Below are positions 1-10,154 of a stretch of DNA of 17,113 bases, piece by piece (position 1 is the stretch's first letter; every line of letters begins with the position of its first letter). Source of the DNA: an uncultured Candidatus Methylacidiphilales bacterium (GTDB lineage: Bacteria > Verrucomicrobiota > Verrucomicrobiia > Methylacidiphilales > CALFVM01); contig CALFVM010000270.1 in the NCBI GenBank assembly GCA_937928665.1, positions 1 to 17,113 of the forward strand, written 5' to 3'. The translations under genes and the position numbers were made by a program. Below the pieces are notes generated by a model. The model was not told the DNA's origin. It worked only from the letters and a program-made list of their open reading frames with translations, and did no database searches.

Positions 1-715
1 CGGCCCGGAGTTTGCGCACCTCGCCGAGGTAGCGATTGACCCGGGCAAGGTCGGCGGTGAGATCGAGGGGACGGGTCACCTGCCAGACCCCATCGGTCTT
101 TTTCATCTCCGATTCACGGCCGTTCTCCCGTACCACGACGGCCTGGACTTCCGCAGGGGAAAAGTCAATCAGGTCCCGGCTCCGCCAATAATCCGCGGCC
201 TCAACAAATTGCCCTTCCAACATGCTGTCGATCAGAACGATCTCTTTGCGCCGTCCATCATTGACCAGAGCGTAATAAGTGCCCGGGCGGGCAGTCTGCC
301 CACCGACGGCCAGAGTCTGAACGTTTTTTCCGCGGACAAGCCTCACCAAAATCCGGGGTTCCGTCAGGCCGAAACGGCCAAGAAGTTCTGCAAAGTCATC
401 ATCACCCTCTCGCCGAACCACGCCCACGCGCTGGGCAAACTCCAGGTCAGAAAGGAGATTCCCGACGTTGGAGGCATCGGCCGGATAGACCACAGGACTT
501 TCCATGTCCCAGCCTCCCTGCGTGTTGCGGGCAAAAATATAGGTGCCGGAGGGGTTGGTCAGTTCAACCCGGTCCACCTGATCGGCTTTCAGGTCCAGCA
601 GGTAACGCTCACGCTCCCGGGCCGCCACCGTTCCCGGGCGGTCTTTTTCAAAATAGACAAAGGCGCAGGCGGCCAAAGCCACCAAGGCGATGATGAAGAG
701 GTTCCGATTATTCAT
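1..715 (-). CDS. DUF4340-like protein, N-terminal part; the 3' end of the gene lies beyond the window start
   Basis: Reverse-complement translation from the ATG at 715: MNNRNLFIIALVALAACAFVYFEKDRPGTVAARERERYLLDLKADQVDRVELTNPSGTYIFARNTQGGWDMESP... with an N-terminal hydrophobic anchor. The frame is open to position 1. The ORF track omits it because there is no stop inside the window. It starts 9 nt after the GldG-like gene, the usual place for DUF4340 partners of GldG-type ABC systems. Confidence 0.6.
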   Translation of the reverse strand, partial: MNNRNLFIIALVALAACAFVYFEKDRPGTVAARERERYLLDLKADQVDRVELTNPSGTYIFARNTQGGWDMESPVVYPADASNVGNLLSDLEFAQRVGVVRREGDDDFAELLGRFGLTEPRILVRLVRGKNVQTLAVGGQTARPGTYYALVNDGRRKEIVLIDSMLEGQFVEAADYWRSRDLIDFSPAEVQAVVVRENGRESEMKKTDGVWQVTRPLDLTADLARVNRYLGEVRKLRA

Positions 716-722
716 GGTCGGC

Positions 723-2204
723 TCAAACGCGCCGCCGCCACCAGACAGCGACACCGATGATCGCAATCAATCCGGGAACCACCACCAGGACCAGCAGAGC
801 GATCTTTTCCTGCTGCTCGGGCAACAGGGATGTCTTGAATTCAGTCGGTTCTTTCGGAGCGATGCCCAGGGCGTCTTCCTGCCCCACGAGCCAGTTGACC
901 ACATTGACGGCGAAGTCCACCTGCATCGTTCCGAGATTTTCATTGATCAGAAAAGCTGCTCCGCCAACCGCCACAGCTTTCGGCACGGCCAGGTCCACAT
1001 CCAGTCCTTCCACCGCTCCAACCTCAATGGCAGCCGCCAGCGTCAGTGGACCACGGGTGTCCTTGCCCTCGTCAAACTGGACGCCCTCCTTATCCTTTTC
1101 CGTCTCCCCCCAATAAGATTCCGGCGTGCGGACAAGTGCCGTTCCTTTCGCCGCCTCCCCCTCTGCGGGTGGACCGAGCACGAGAGAGCGACAGGCACCC
1201 AGGACCAGGTTGGCACCGAGGTTGCGGGCCCAGTCAATCGCCGGGTGGGCGGCAAACGTGGTGCCGATGGCGTCCGCCAAAATCCGGGTTTGGCCCAGCA
1301 TCGAAACCCGGGTCAGAGCCAGGTCATTGGCAAAAGTGAGTCCGTAAGGCGCAAAGAAATCTTCCAACCCGGAAGACGTTTCCGGATCGAGCATGATGAG
1401 CAGTTTGCCCGGCTTTTCTCCCAGAAAATAGGCCCGCAGCAGATCAATCTCCCCCTGGGTAAACCGGCTGCGCGGCCCGGCTACCACCACCAGGTCCGCG
1501 TCCGGCGGCACACCACCCTGCTCAGCCAGGTTGATCCGGAAAAGGTCGGCGTTTTGGCGTCGGAGATAGGAGCCGATCAGGGAATAGCTCATCCGCTCAT
1601 TGTCCGGTGCCAGCGGGTTGAATTCACCGTGGCCGGAGGTGAAATAGATTTTTTTTGTTTCACCCCGGACAAGCTGCTGAATGGCCGACGTGATTTCGCG
1701 TTCGCCCTTGAAGGCCACGAGGCGGGGCGGGCTACCGAACATCTCCCCGGAAGCATCGACCTCGGCTAAATCCGCCAGGCGAAGGACCTTGGAACGCTCC
1801 GCATACTCGACAATGACTACGTTTTCGTTGGTGGCGAGTTTGAACGTCTCCACAATGCCCCGGGCATCGTCGAAATTGATGAAGGGATCAATACGCCGGA
1901 CTTCGATCCGCCCGTTGCTGTTGTAGCGGTATTGGTCGAGGAGATCGAGAAGATCGCTCTGGACAAGAGGTGCCAATGGGTCGCCCTGAGGGGCAATGAA
2001 AGCGGTCAGGGTGACCGGCCCGGGCAGGTCGCGCACGACGTTGATCGACAGCTCGGAGAGCTTGACGTAATCAATCGGTGAGAGGTTGGTGCGTTTGAAG
2101 TATTTGTAGTTGAGGAACTGGGCGGCGGCGAAGATGACCAGCACCAGACCGATACTGATCCAATGATTGGTCCGCCAGCGAGCCCGTGTGTTTTTCTGCG
2201 CCAT
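723..2204 (-). CDS. GldG-like ABC-type transport system auxiliary component (ABC_transp_aux domain)
   Basis: 493-aa ORF. N-terminal TM helix is followed by ...KRTNLSPIDYVKLSELSINVVRDLPGPVTLTAFIAP..., which fits the GldG N-terminal signature. A C-terminal TM anchor (IALLVLVVVPGLIAIIGVAVWWRRR) follows. It sits directly downstream of the ABC-2 permease and ATPase genes. Confidence 0.8.
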   Translation of the reverse strand: MAQKNTRARWRTNHWISIGLVLVIFAAAQFLNYKYFKRTNLSPIDYVKLSELSINVVRDLPGPVTLTAFIAPQGDPLAPLVQSDLLDLLDQYRYNSNGRIEVRRIDPFINFDDARGIVETFKLATNENVVIVEYAERSKVLRLADLAEVDASGEMFGSPPRLVAFKGEREITSAIQQLVRGETKKIYFTSGHGEFNPLAPDNERMSYSLIGSYLRRQNADLFRINLAEQGGVPPDADLVVVAGPRSRFTQGEIDLLRAYFLGEKPGKLLIMLDPETSSGLEDFFAPYGLTFANDLALTRVSMLGQTRILADAIGTTFAAHPAIDWARNLGANLVLGACRSLVLGPPAEGEAAKGTALVRTPESYWGETEKDKEGVQFDEGKDTRGPLTLAAAIEVGAVEGLDVDLAVPKAVAVGGAAFLINENLGTMQVDFAVNVVNWLVGQEDALGIAPKEPTEFKTSLLPEQQEKIALLVLVVVPGLIAIIGVAVWWRRRV

Positions 2205-2216
2205 AACCGGTGCCCC

Positions 2217-2969
2217 CTAATTTTTCAGCCGCCGCCCCGCCAGGGCCCGCTCGGTCAGGAAAAGAAACAGCACTGCCCCGGAGAGATAGAGAATCACCGG
2301 GCGCGAATCAAAGGTGCCGTTGGCAAACAGGCGCATGTGGTTGAGTGACGAGATGTAATTGACCAACTCTTCCAACTGCGGATTGACGGTGAAGAAACCG
2401 AGGAAGCTGCAAAAGAAAAGCAGCGCGATCCCGGCAAACGCCAGGACCGCCGCCACCACCTGGTTTCGCGTGAGGGAGGAGGCGAAAAGGCCGATGGAAA
2501 TGTAAAAGGCACCAATGAGGAGGACCATGGCATAGCCCAGGAAGAGCGGTCCCCACTGCACCGGCGTCACATGACCCGTCAGGAATTGATAGATCGTGTA
2601 GAAAAGAGCACTCGGCACCCAGAGCAAAACGTAAAACAAAAATGCGGCCGTGAACTTGGCAATGACCACATCCCACTCACTCACCGGGGCGGTCAAAAGC
2701 GGCTCGACCGTCCCGGATTTGAACTCTTCGCTGAAAAGACGCATCGTCAAAATCGGGACAAACAAAATCAAGGCGAACCAGAAGAAGAACCAATTGAAGA
2801 AAATGAACATGATGGTGACGTTCTTTACCCCCTGCTGCATCGCCTCAACACACAGGGTGAAAGAAAACCCGTGCAACAGGGCAAAACAAGTCAGGAGCAC
2901 ATAGGCAATCGGCGAGAAAAGAATCGCTCCCAGTTCCCGCTTGGTCTGGACCAAAATGGTTCGGATCAT
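2217..2969 (-). CDS. ABC-2 family transporter permease (GldF-like)
   Basis: 250 aa, about six hydrophobic segments and the ABC-2 permease signature FSEEFKSGTVEPLLTAPVS. It lies between the ATPase and GldG-like genes with gaps of a few nt only, so operon-like. Confidence 0.8.
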   Translation of the reverse strand: MIRTILVQTKRELGAILFSPIAYVLLTCFALLHGFSFTLCVEAMQQGVKNVTIMFIFFNWFFFWFALILFVPILTMRLFSEEFKSGTVEPLLTAPVSEWDVVIAKFTAAFLFYVLLWVPSALFYTIYQFLTGHVTPVQWGPLFLGYAMVLLIGAFYISIGLFASSLTRNQVVAAVLAFAGIALLFFCSFLGFFTVNPQLEELVNYISSLNHMRLFANGTFDSRPVILYLSGAVLFLFLTERALAGRRLKN

Positions 2970-2973
2970 CCGC

Positions 2974-3900
2974 TCACTCCTGGGTTAGTTCCACAAAAAC
3001 GTCTTCGAGCGTTGGCTTGGCATAGCGAAACTCGCCCAGCGGCCACCGCTTGTCTTTAATCAGTTCATCCACGGTCCGCCGAACATCTTTCCCCGGCTTG
3101 GCCAGGCACTCGAGCTGAACCCAACCATCTGCCTCGCCCCGGATGTCCACCTGTCCAACGTCCGGCAACGCCTCAAGGGCCGCTTTGGCCTCGGCTCCCG
3201 CCACCTTGAGTTCGAGAAACAAGGAACCGCTCCGGACCCGTTTGGACAAATTCTCCAGCGTGTCCGAGGCCTCAATCCTGCCGCGGTTGATGATGATGGC
3301 ACGCGAGCAAACCATCTCGACCTCCGGCAGAATGTGCGTCGAAAGCAAAATTGTCCGGTCTTTGCCCAGCTCCTTGATCAGGTCGCGCACGGCGCGGATT
3401 TGGTTGGGGTCCAGCCCGGCGGTCGGCTCGTCTAAAATCAGTAGCTCCGGCTCGTGCACAATCGCATCGGCCAGACCAACCCGCTGCCGGTAGCCCCGGG
3501 ACAGAGCTCCGATCATTTTCCGGGACACGTCCGTAATGCCGCAACGCGCCAGGGCGTCGGAAACGCGATTCCGCAGCCCGCGACCCCGGATTCCCTTGAG
3601 GGCAGCCCGGTATTCCACATATTCCCGCACCCGCATGTCCATGTAGAGAGGCACATTCTCCGGCATGTAGCCCACCTTCCGCCGCACCTCCCGCGAGTTC
3701 TCCAGCAGATCAAGCCCAGCCACACTCACCTCTCCGGAAGTCGCCGGGAGAAAGCCAGTCAGGATCCGCATCGTCGTGCTTTTCCCGGCACCGTTGGGGC
3801 CGAGGAACCCGACGACTTCTCCCCGATTCACCGCAAAGCTGATCCCCTGAACAGCGGTTTGGCCCGCGTATTTCTTGACGAGGTTTTTGACATCGATCAT
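2974..3900 (-). CDS. ABC transporter ATP-binding protein (GldA-like)
   Basis: Walker A GPNGAGKST, ABC signature LSRGYRQRV, Walker B LLILDEPTAGLD and H-loop STH are present. I moved the start to the ATG at 3900 (MIDVKNLVKKYAG...). The 83-codon N-terminal extension in the ORF track (to 4149) is Gly/Arg-rich, non-ABC-like and would overlap the 3' end of thiC. Confidence 0.85.
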   Translation of the reverse strand: MIDVKNLVKKYAGQTAVQGISFAVNRGEVVGFLGPNGAGKSTTMRILTGFLPATSGEVSVAGLDLLENSREVRRKVGYMPENVPLYMDMRVREYVEYRAALKGIRGRGLRNRVSDALARCGITDVSRKMIGALSRGYRQRVGLADAIVHEPELLILDEPTAGLDPNQIRAVRDLIKELGKDRTILLSTHILPEVEMVCSRAIIINRGRIEASDTLENLSKRVRSGSLFLELKVAGAEAKAALEALPDVGQVDIRGEADGWVQLECLAKPGKDVRRTVDELIKDKRWPLGEFRYAKPTLEDVFVELTQE

Positions 3901-3916
3901 GGCGGATGAAGACGAA

Positions 3917-3946
3917 AAAAATATGGACCAGCCCAACTGTGTCAAG
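3917..3946 (-). promoter_or_regulatory. Candidate sigma70-like promoter for the ABC-2 transporter operon
   Basis: Minus-strand TTGACA (plus 3940-3945), a 16-nt spacer, then TATTTT (plus 3918-3923). The element sits in an unusually AT-rich island (gacgaaaaaaatatgg) between thiC and the ABC ATPase gene. Confidence 0.25.
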
Positions 3947-4007
3947 GTTGCATCTTCCGCCCGACCGGATCCCCCCTGGATTTTCCCTGCCGGCACCCGG
4001 GCCAACC

Positions 4008-6098
<2,091 letters not shown>

Positions 6099-6644
6099 TC
6101 AATTTTCCGCCGCACCAATCACCATCGCACGGAACGCCGCCTCGGCCTCACCCATGGCGGTGGCCGGACCCGTCATCCGCACAAAAACGTTTCCCCCGGC
6201 TCCCTCAAGAATCGCCCCCAACAACACCGTGTCCGGCACCGGCGTTGTCGGACCTCCCGGCATTCCGCTCGCGTAAGTCCCGGACGCACGGACAAAGGTC
6301 ACCCTGTTCCCGCCGATTTCTTCGGTCTCGACCTTCTCTTCTTTCCGGTCGCTCACCTGGCCCAGCCAACGCGCCACGTTATCCTGGGCCGAGCCGCCCT
6401 GGCCCGGGCCAAAAAAGAAAAAGACCGCCTCCCCCTTCCCATCCGGCGAACGAAGTTCGGCCTTCCGCATCGGGGAATCAGGGACCCGGTGCGCCCAGCC
6501 CTCCGGAACCGCGAAGCGGAACGGTCCGACCTGAAAGGCTTCTTCCGCTCCGTGGACCCGCCCTCCGAAAGCCACCAGCATGGCGGCTCCCAGTGCCATC
6601 CACCTATTCCGCCGCGTCCAAACCAAACCGCTTGCTCCATTCAT
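6099..6644 (-). CDS. Hypothetical small secreted/periplasmic protein
   Basis: Start chosen at the ATG at 6644, preceded by GGAGG plus a 6-nt spacer. N-terminus MNGASGLVWTRRNRWMALGAAMLVAFGGRVHG|AEE looks like a signal peptide (basic n-region, hydrophobic core, small-residue c-region). G-ending codon usage resembles neighbouring genes. An alternative start (MALGAA, 6599) would avoid the 41-nt overlap with the upstream gene. No recognisable domain. Confidence 0.5.
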   Translation of the reverse strand: MNGASGLVWTRRNRWMALGAAMLVAFGGRVHGAEEAFQVGPFRFAVPEGWAHRVPDSPMRKAELRSPDGKGEAVFFFFGPGQGGSAQDNVARWLGQVSDRKEEKVETEEIGGNRVTFVRASGTYASGMPGGPTTPVPDTVLLGAILEGAGGNVFVRMTGPATAMGEAEAAFRAMVIGAAEN

Positions 6645-6831
6645 CAACAACCTCCACACGGATGAGAGAAAGCCGCTCATAATCCCGTTCGACCTGGTCC
6701 TCCGTCCATCGCGGGTGAGAATCCCGGATGATCTGCAGGGTCCAGGCGCGGGCGATTTCAATATCGCTGCGGGTCAGCCGGGTGACCGCACGCCGATAAA
6801 GCAGGTCGTTAAATCGGCTGGTGACTTCCAT
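6604..6831 (-). CDS. Hypothetical small protein (about 75 aa)
   Basis: MEVTSRFNDLLYRRAVTRLTRSDIEIARAWTLQIIRDSHPRWTEDQVERDYERLSLIRVEVVDEWSKRFGLDAAE. Codon usage looks typical downstream of this ATG and turns to rare-looking codons (AGG/CGA/CTA/ACA) upstream, so I trimmed the 131-aa track ORF. RBS is weak and there is no recognisable domain. Confidence 0.35.
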   Translation of the reverse strand: MEVTSRFNDLLYRRAVTRLTRSDIEIARAWTLQIIRDSHPRWTEDQVERDYERLSLIRVEVVDEWSKRFGLDAAE

Positions 6832-6932
6832 CAAACGCACGCCCCGGAGCTTATCCGGTCGGAACCCATCGCGCAAGGCCCGTGCCGGATGCCCTTTGAC
6901 AACCCCGCTTACCCGGTCTAGCTCTGCCTCGC

Positions 6933-7310
6933 ATGTCCGATCCTGTCCAACTCCGCCACCGGGCCGAACGGCTCCTGGTCGATTTGGCCTCCCGATCACG
7001 GGCCCGACCCGGGCTGTTTCCTGTCCGCCACGTTGAGGATTTTCTGGCCATCATCGGCGACCGCCTCGGCTGGCAACCCGGCACCACCCTGGCTGACACA
7101 TCCGATTCGGCTGCCCTCTCCGCCTTCTGCGACCTCGCCCGCCAACTCGATTCCCATCCCGAACAATCCCATCACTGGTTCGCGTTAAGCCAGCTCCGGC
7201 GAGGCTTCCCTCCCCTTCACGCAGCCGCCTCTCCCGTCCCACCCGAGACTGAGGCAGCCCGGGATTCGTCCCTCAAACACGCCGTCCACCCAAAAACAGT
7301 CCGGCCGTAA
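6933..7310 (+). CDS. Hypothetical protein (125 aa)
   Basis: The only sizeable ORF in the 500-nt gap between the minus-strand genes ending at 6831 and 7334. It is C-ending codon-rich, especially in the first half. No homology recognised. It could be spurious. Confidence 0.3.
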   Translation: MSDPVQLRHRAERLLVDLASRSRARPGLFPVRHVEDFLAIIGDRLGWQPGTTLADTSDSAALSAFCDLARQLDSHPEQSHHWFALSQLRRGFPPLHAAASPVPPETEAARDSSLKHAVHPKTVRP

Positions 7311-7333
7311 GGCTCCCGCTACTCTCCCGCCGG

Positions 7334-8650
7334 TCAATCCCAAGCCGTGTCCGGTTCGAAATCCCGGATATATTGAACCCCGACCAACGCCCGCCGGATC
7401 GTGCTCCCATCCAGCAGATGGCGCATATCCAAAAACCTGCCCGCATCGATCACCCGCTGCACTTCCGCCTCCACCCGCCCCGGCGCTTCAGCCAGTGGCA
7501 ACGGGTCAAACACCACCGCATGATTGTGCAGCATCTCCGTCTGCGACCCCGTATTGGCCGGGTTCACATAAAAGGTGGCCTTCAGACTGGCCTGATCGAA
7601 AACCCCCAGATCACACGTCAAATCCAGCCCCGCTCCCGTCAACAGCCCCGTGATATTCCGGTGCCGCGGCGTCCGGTCCGCCTCAAACCACTGCGGGTAA
7701 TTGGACGGATCGGTAATCGGCAAGCCATTGGCCGGAGCAAAACGAGCGATCGGCGCTTTCACCACCCCGGCACCCAGCAACGCCGGCATCTCCGCCACCA
7801 CGGCCAATCCCAGCGCCCCCCGGAACGTCGGCCGCCGGGCCTTGGCAAAATCAAACAACACCCGGTAAAGCCCGCTGATCGTCAGGCCCGTCTCCGCATC
7901 CGCCGCCCGCACGTCGGCATAATCATGGAACGGGCCGGGCAGCGAAGCATTGAAGCCGGTCCGGATGGTCACCTGCCCCCGGTCATGTCTTGGAATCAAG
8001 TAATCCGGCGTGTCATTCCCATCCGTCGGCAGCCACACCATCGTCCCCGCCATTGTGATCATCTCCCCCATCAGCGGCAGACACGCCTCTACCGATGAGC
8101 CCAGGGCACCCAGCCCGATCGAATACGCGGTCCCGGAAAAAGATTTCGACCGCACCTCCGCTTCCGTGATCCGCGCCGCCAGGACATCCTTGATGTCTCC
8201 GGCAATTCGAATCACGGCCTCTCCTTCCTCAGCGGGCAGAACCCGAATCTCCGCCGTGCCAGGCACTACCCACCGCTCCGCCCCGCTCCAATCCAACTCA
8301 ACAGGCTCTCCCTTCACCCCAGAACCCGCCACCAGATCGTCCAACCCCGCCATATCCAGCACCTCCGCCACGTAGGGCCGAAGATTAACCAAAAGCAACT
8401 CGTGCCCCGCCGCCCGTTGGCCTTTCCAGGCCGTCACCAAAACCCGCACCCCTGCGGAACTGAGATAATCGACCCCGCCAAAATCCAGCGTCAACAGCTC
8501 CGGCCCCGAGGCCACCGCCGCACGAATCACCGGCTCCAACTCACCCGCCCCATGCGCGTCAAGTCGCCCCTCAAGCCGATACATCATTTGGTGCGGACCG
8601 GAACCGGAATCAGAAACAACTTTAAAGGGCATCCACTGAGGTTGCCCCAC
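7334..8650 (-). CDS. STAS-domain (anti-sigma-factor-antagonist-like) protein fused to a ~330-aa C-terminal domain of unknown function
   Basis: N-terminal ~110 aa: ...YRLEGRLDAHGAGELEPVIRAAVASGPELLTLDFGGVDYLSSAGVRVLVTAWKGQRAAGHELLLVNLRPYVAEVLDMAGLD. That is a SpoIIAA/STAS-like pattern (pre-established contrast, DxxxV..SSAG, short inhibitory tail). The GTG start at 8650 follows GGAGGG plus a 6-nt spacer; an in-frame ATG lies at 8633. The remaining ~330 aa have no motif I recognise. Confidence 0.7.
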   Translation of the reverse strand: MGQPQWMPFKVVSDSGSGPHQMMYRLEGRLDAHGAGELEPVIRAAVASGPELLTLDFGGVDYLSSAGVRVLVTAWKGQRAAGHELLLVNLRPYVAEVLDMAGLDDLVAGSGVKGEPVELDWSGAERWVVPGTAEIRVLPAEEGEAVIRIAGDIKDVLAARITEAEVRSKSFSGTAYSIGLGALGSSVEACLPLMGEMITMAGTMVWLPTDGNDTPDYLIPRHDRGQVTIRTGFNASLPGPFHDYADVRAADAETGLTISGLYRVLFDFAKARRPTFRGALGLAVVAEMPALLGAGVVKAPIARFAPANGLPITDPSNYPQWFEADRTPRHRNITGLLTGAGLDLTCDLGVFDQASLKATFYVNPANTGSQTEMLHNHAVVFDPLPLAEAPGRVEAEVQRVIDAGRFLDMRHLLDGSTIRRALVGVQYIRDFEPDTAWD

Positions 8651-8729
8651 TTCGCACCCTCCGACAAGGTTGCCGACCGACCCACGCCTTCCTTGTCCTC
8701 CACCGACTCCCCCCGTTAATGTTTCCCGG

Positions 8730-10037
8730 ATGCCCGCCGAAAAACCTCAACCCTCAGACGGTGCTCGCGCCGCCGTGGGCGTCCTCCTTGTCGGCCTCCT
8801 GGCCGCAGGCGCGGCTGAGAGCTTCGCCGGTGCCATTGACCTGATCTACACCAACGGAATCGAGCGCCTGGCCGCCCTGCCCCTCCCCTGGTTTCTGGCC
8901 GGTTCCTTGTTCATCGTTCTCTCCACCAGCGCGGCTGCCGGCTGGTTGATGTTCAAGTTTTGCCCGGAAGCTGCCGGCAGCGGCATCCCCCAAGTCAAGG
9001 TCGCCTACCTCGAAGGCCGGAACGGCATCCCCTTCCGCATCGTCTGGGTCAAGTTCCTCGCCGGTGCCCTCAGTATCGGCGGCGGCGCCAGCCTCGGGCG
9101 CGAAGGCCCCACCGTTCAAGTCGCCGCCGGACTGGCTTCCTGCCTCGCCCGCCACCTTCCCGCCTTCCGCCTCTCCCAGGGTGCCGCCCTCGCCGCTGGC
9201 AGCGCCGCCGGTTTGGCCGCCGCCTTCAAAGCACCCCTCTCCGCCGGAACCTTCTTCCTCGAGGAAATCGCCGGAGAACTCAAATCCCCATTCGTCTGGG
9301 CGGCCCTTCTTGGAGCCATCGCCGCCTCCGTCTTCCTCCGGGAATCCCTCGGCCAGTTGGCCGAAATCCAGATGGCCCCGCTCCGTGCGCCCGAGGGCTG
9401 GACCTGGCTCTGGATGATCCCGGTCGGGGCCCTCGCCGCCTTCATCGGCATGATTTTCCAACGGGGTGCTCTCGCCCTGCGCGGACGGGTTGCCGGCAAG
9501 CTTCCGGTCCCGCGCTGGACTCTGCCCATCTTCGGCGGAACCGCCACCTGGCTCCTCGGCGTCTCTGTCTTCATCAACACCGGACACCTCGGCGTCTTCG
9601 GACTCGGCTACCCCGACATGCTGGCCGCCCTCCACGGCGAAATCCTCTGGAACGCCGCCGCCCTTCTCGTGGCGGCCAAGCTCCTCGCCACCATCGCCAG
9701 CTACGGCCTCGGCGGTTGCGGCGGCATCTTCTCCCCGCTCCTCTGCCTCGGCGTCCTCACCGGCGCAGCCGCCTGCGGCGGCATCACCCTCGTCCAACCC
9801 CTCTCGCAAAACGACGCCACCGCCCTCATGCTCGTCGGCATGGGCGCCTGCATTGGTGCCGTCCTCCGCGCCCCGCTCACCTCCATCCTCATCGTCTTCG
9901 AAATGACCCGCGAGGCCCAAATGCTCCCCGGCCTGATGCTCGCCACCCTCGTTGCCCAGACCATCGCCCGCGTCATGGCCCGCGAGAACTTCTACGCCGC
10001 CCTCCTCCGCCAGGACGGCCATCCCCTGACCCAATAA
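8730..10037 (+). CDS. ClC-family chloride channel / H+-Cl- exchanger (EriC-like, no CBS domains)
   Basis: About 10-12 hydrophobic helices with ClC signature motifs GSGIP (AAGSGIPQVK), GREGP (gating-Glu position) and GGIFSP (GxFxP). I chose the first ATG (8730, MPAEKPQ...). The TTG at 8670 in the ORF track would leave only 19 nt for the divergent intergenic region. Confidence 0.85.
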   Translation: MPAEKPQPSDGARAAVGVLLVGLLAAGAAESFAGAIDLIYTNGIERLAALPLPWFLAGSLFIVLSTSAAAGWLMFKFCPEAAGSGIPQVKVAYLEGRNGIPFRIVWVKFLAGALSIGGGASLGREGPTVQVAAGLASCLARHLPAFRLSQGAALAAGSAAGLAAAFKAPLSAGTFFLEEIAGELKSPFVWAALLGAIAASVFLRESLGQLAEIQMAPLRAPEGWTWLWMIPVGALAAFIGMIFQRGALALRGRVAGKLPVPRWTLPIFGGTATWLLGVSVFINTGHLGVFGLGYPDMLAALHGEILWNAAALLVAAKLLATIASYGLGGCGGIFSPLLCLGVLTGAAACGGITLVQPLSQNDATALMLVGMGACIGAVLRAPLTSILIVFEMTREAQMLPGLMLATLVAQTIARVMARENFYAALLRQDGHPLTQ

Positions 10038-10143
10038 GGGTCAACCCGCCTCCAACCGTCCTGTGACAATCCGGTTGCGTGCAACAACCCGCTTGTCACT
10101 CACCCCTCTGCGCCACAACCTACCCGCTCACCCCGAAAAAAAC

Positions 10144-10148
10144 AGGAG
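10144..10148 (+). promoter_or_regulatory. Shine-Dalgarno AGGAG for the flotillin-like gene
   Basis: aaacAGGAGcttccc-ATG: a 6-nt spacer to the ATG at 10155. It is one of the few clear SD sequences in the window. Confidence 0.5.
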
Positions 10149-10154
10149 CTTCCC

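Noticed and set aside
209-1769. Plus-strand ORFs 209-760 (183 aa), 690-1769 (359 aa) and 757-1116
   Set aside because: They are antisense to the DUF4340-like and GldG-like genes, which have recognisable architecture. Their content is Arg/Gly/His-rich with no domain signal.
6851-7242. Minus ORFs 6851-7099 and 7051-7242, and the upstream part (6832-6999) of the 131-aa minus ORF
   Set aside because: The content is Arg/Gly-rich with rare-looking codons (AGG, CGA, CTA, ACA). They conflict with the plus-strand 6933-7310 ORF and have no RBS. Only the MEVTS... portion (6604-6831) looks coding.
8670-8729. TTG start at 8670 for the ClC gene (adds MPTDPRLPCPPPTPPVNVSR)
   Set aside because: The Pro-rich extension is not ClC-like. 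It would leave only 19 nt between divergent start codons. The first ATG at 8730 is preferred, though without RBS support either way.
10065-10084. Small hairpin GGTTG-cgtg-CAACC after the ClC stop as an intrinsic terminator
   Set aside because: The stem is only 5 bp and there is no downstream U-tract. At most it is a weak pause or attenuator, not reported as a terminator.
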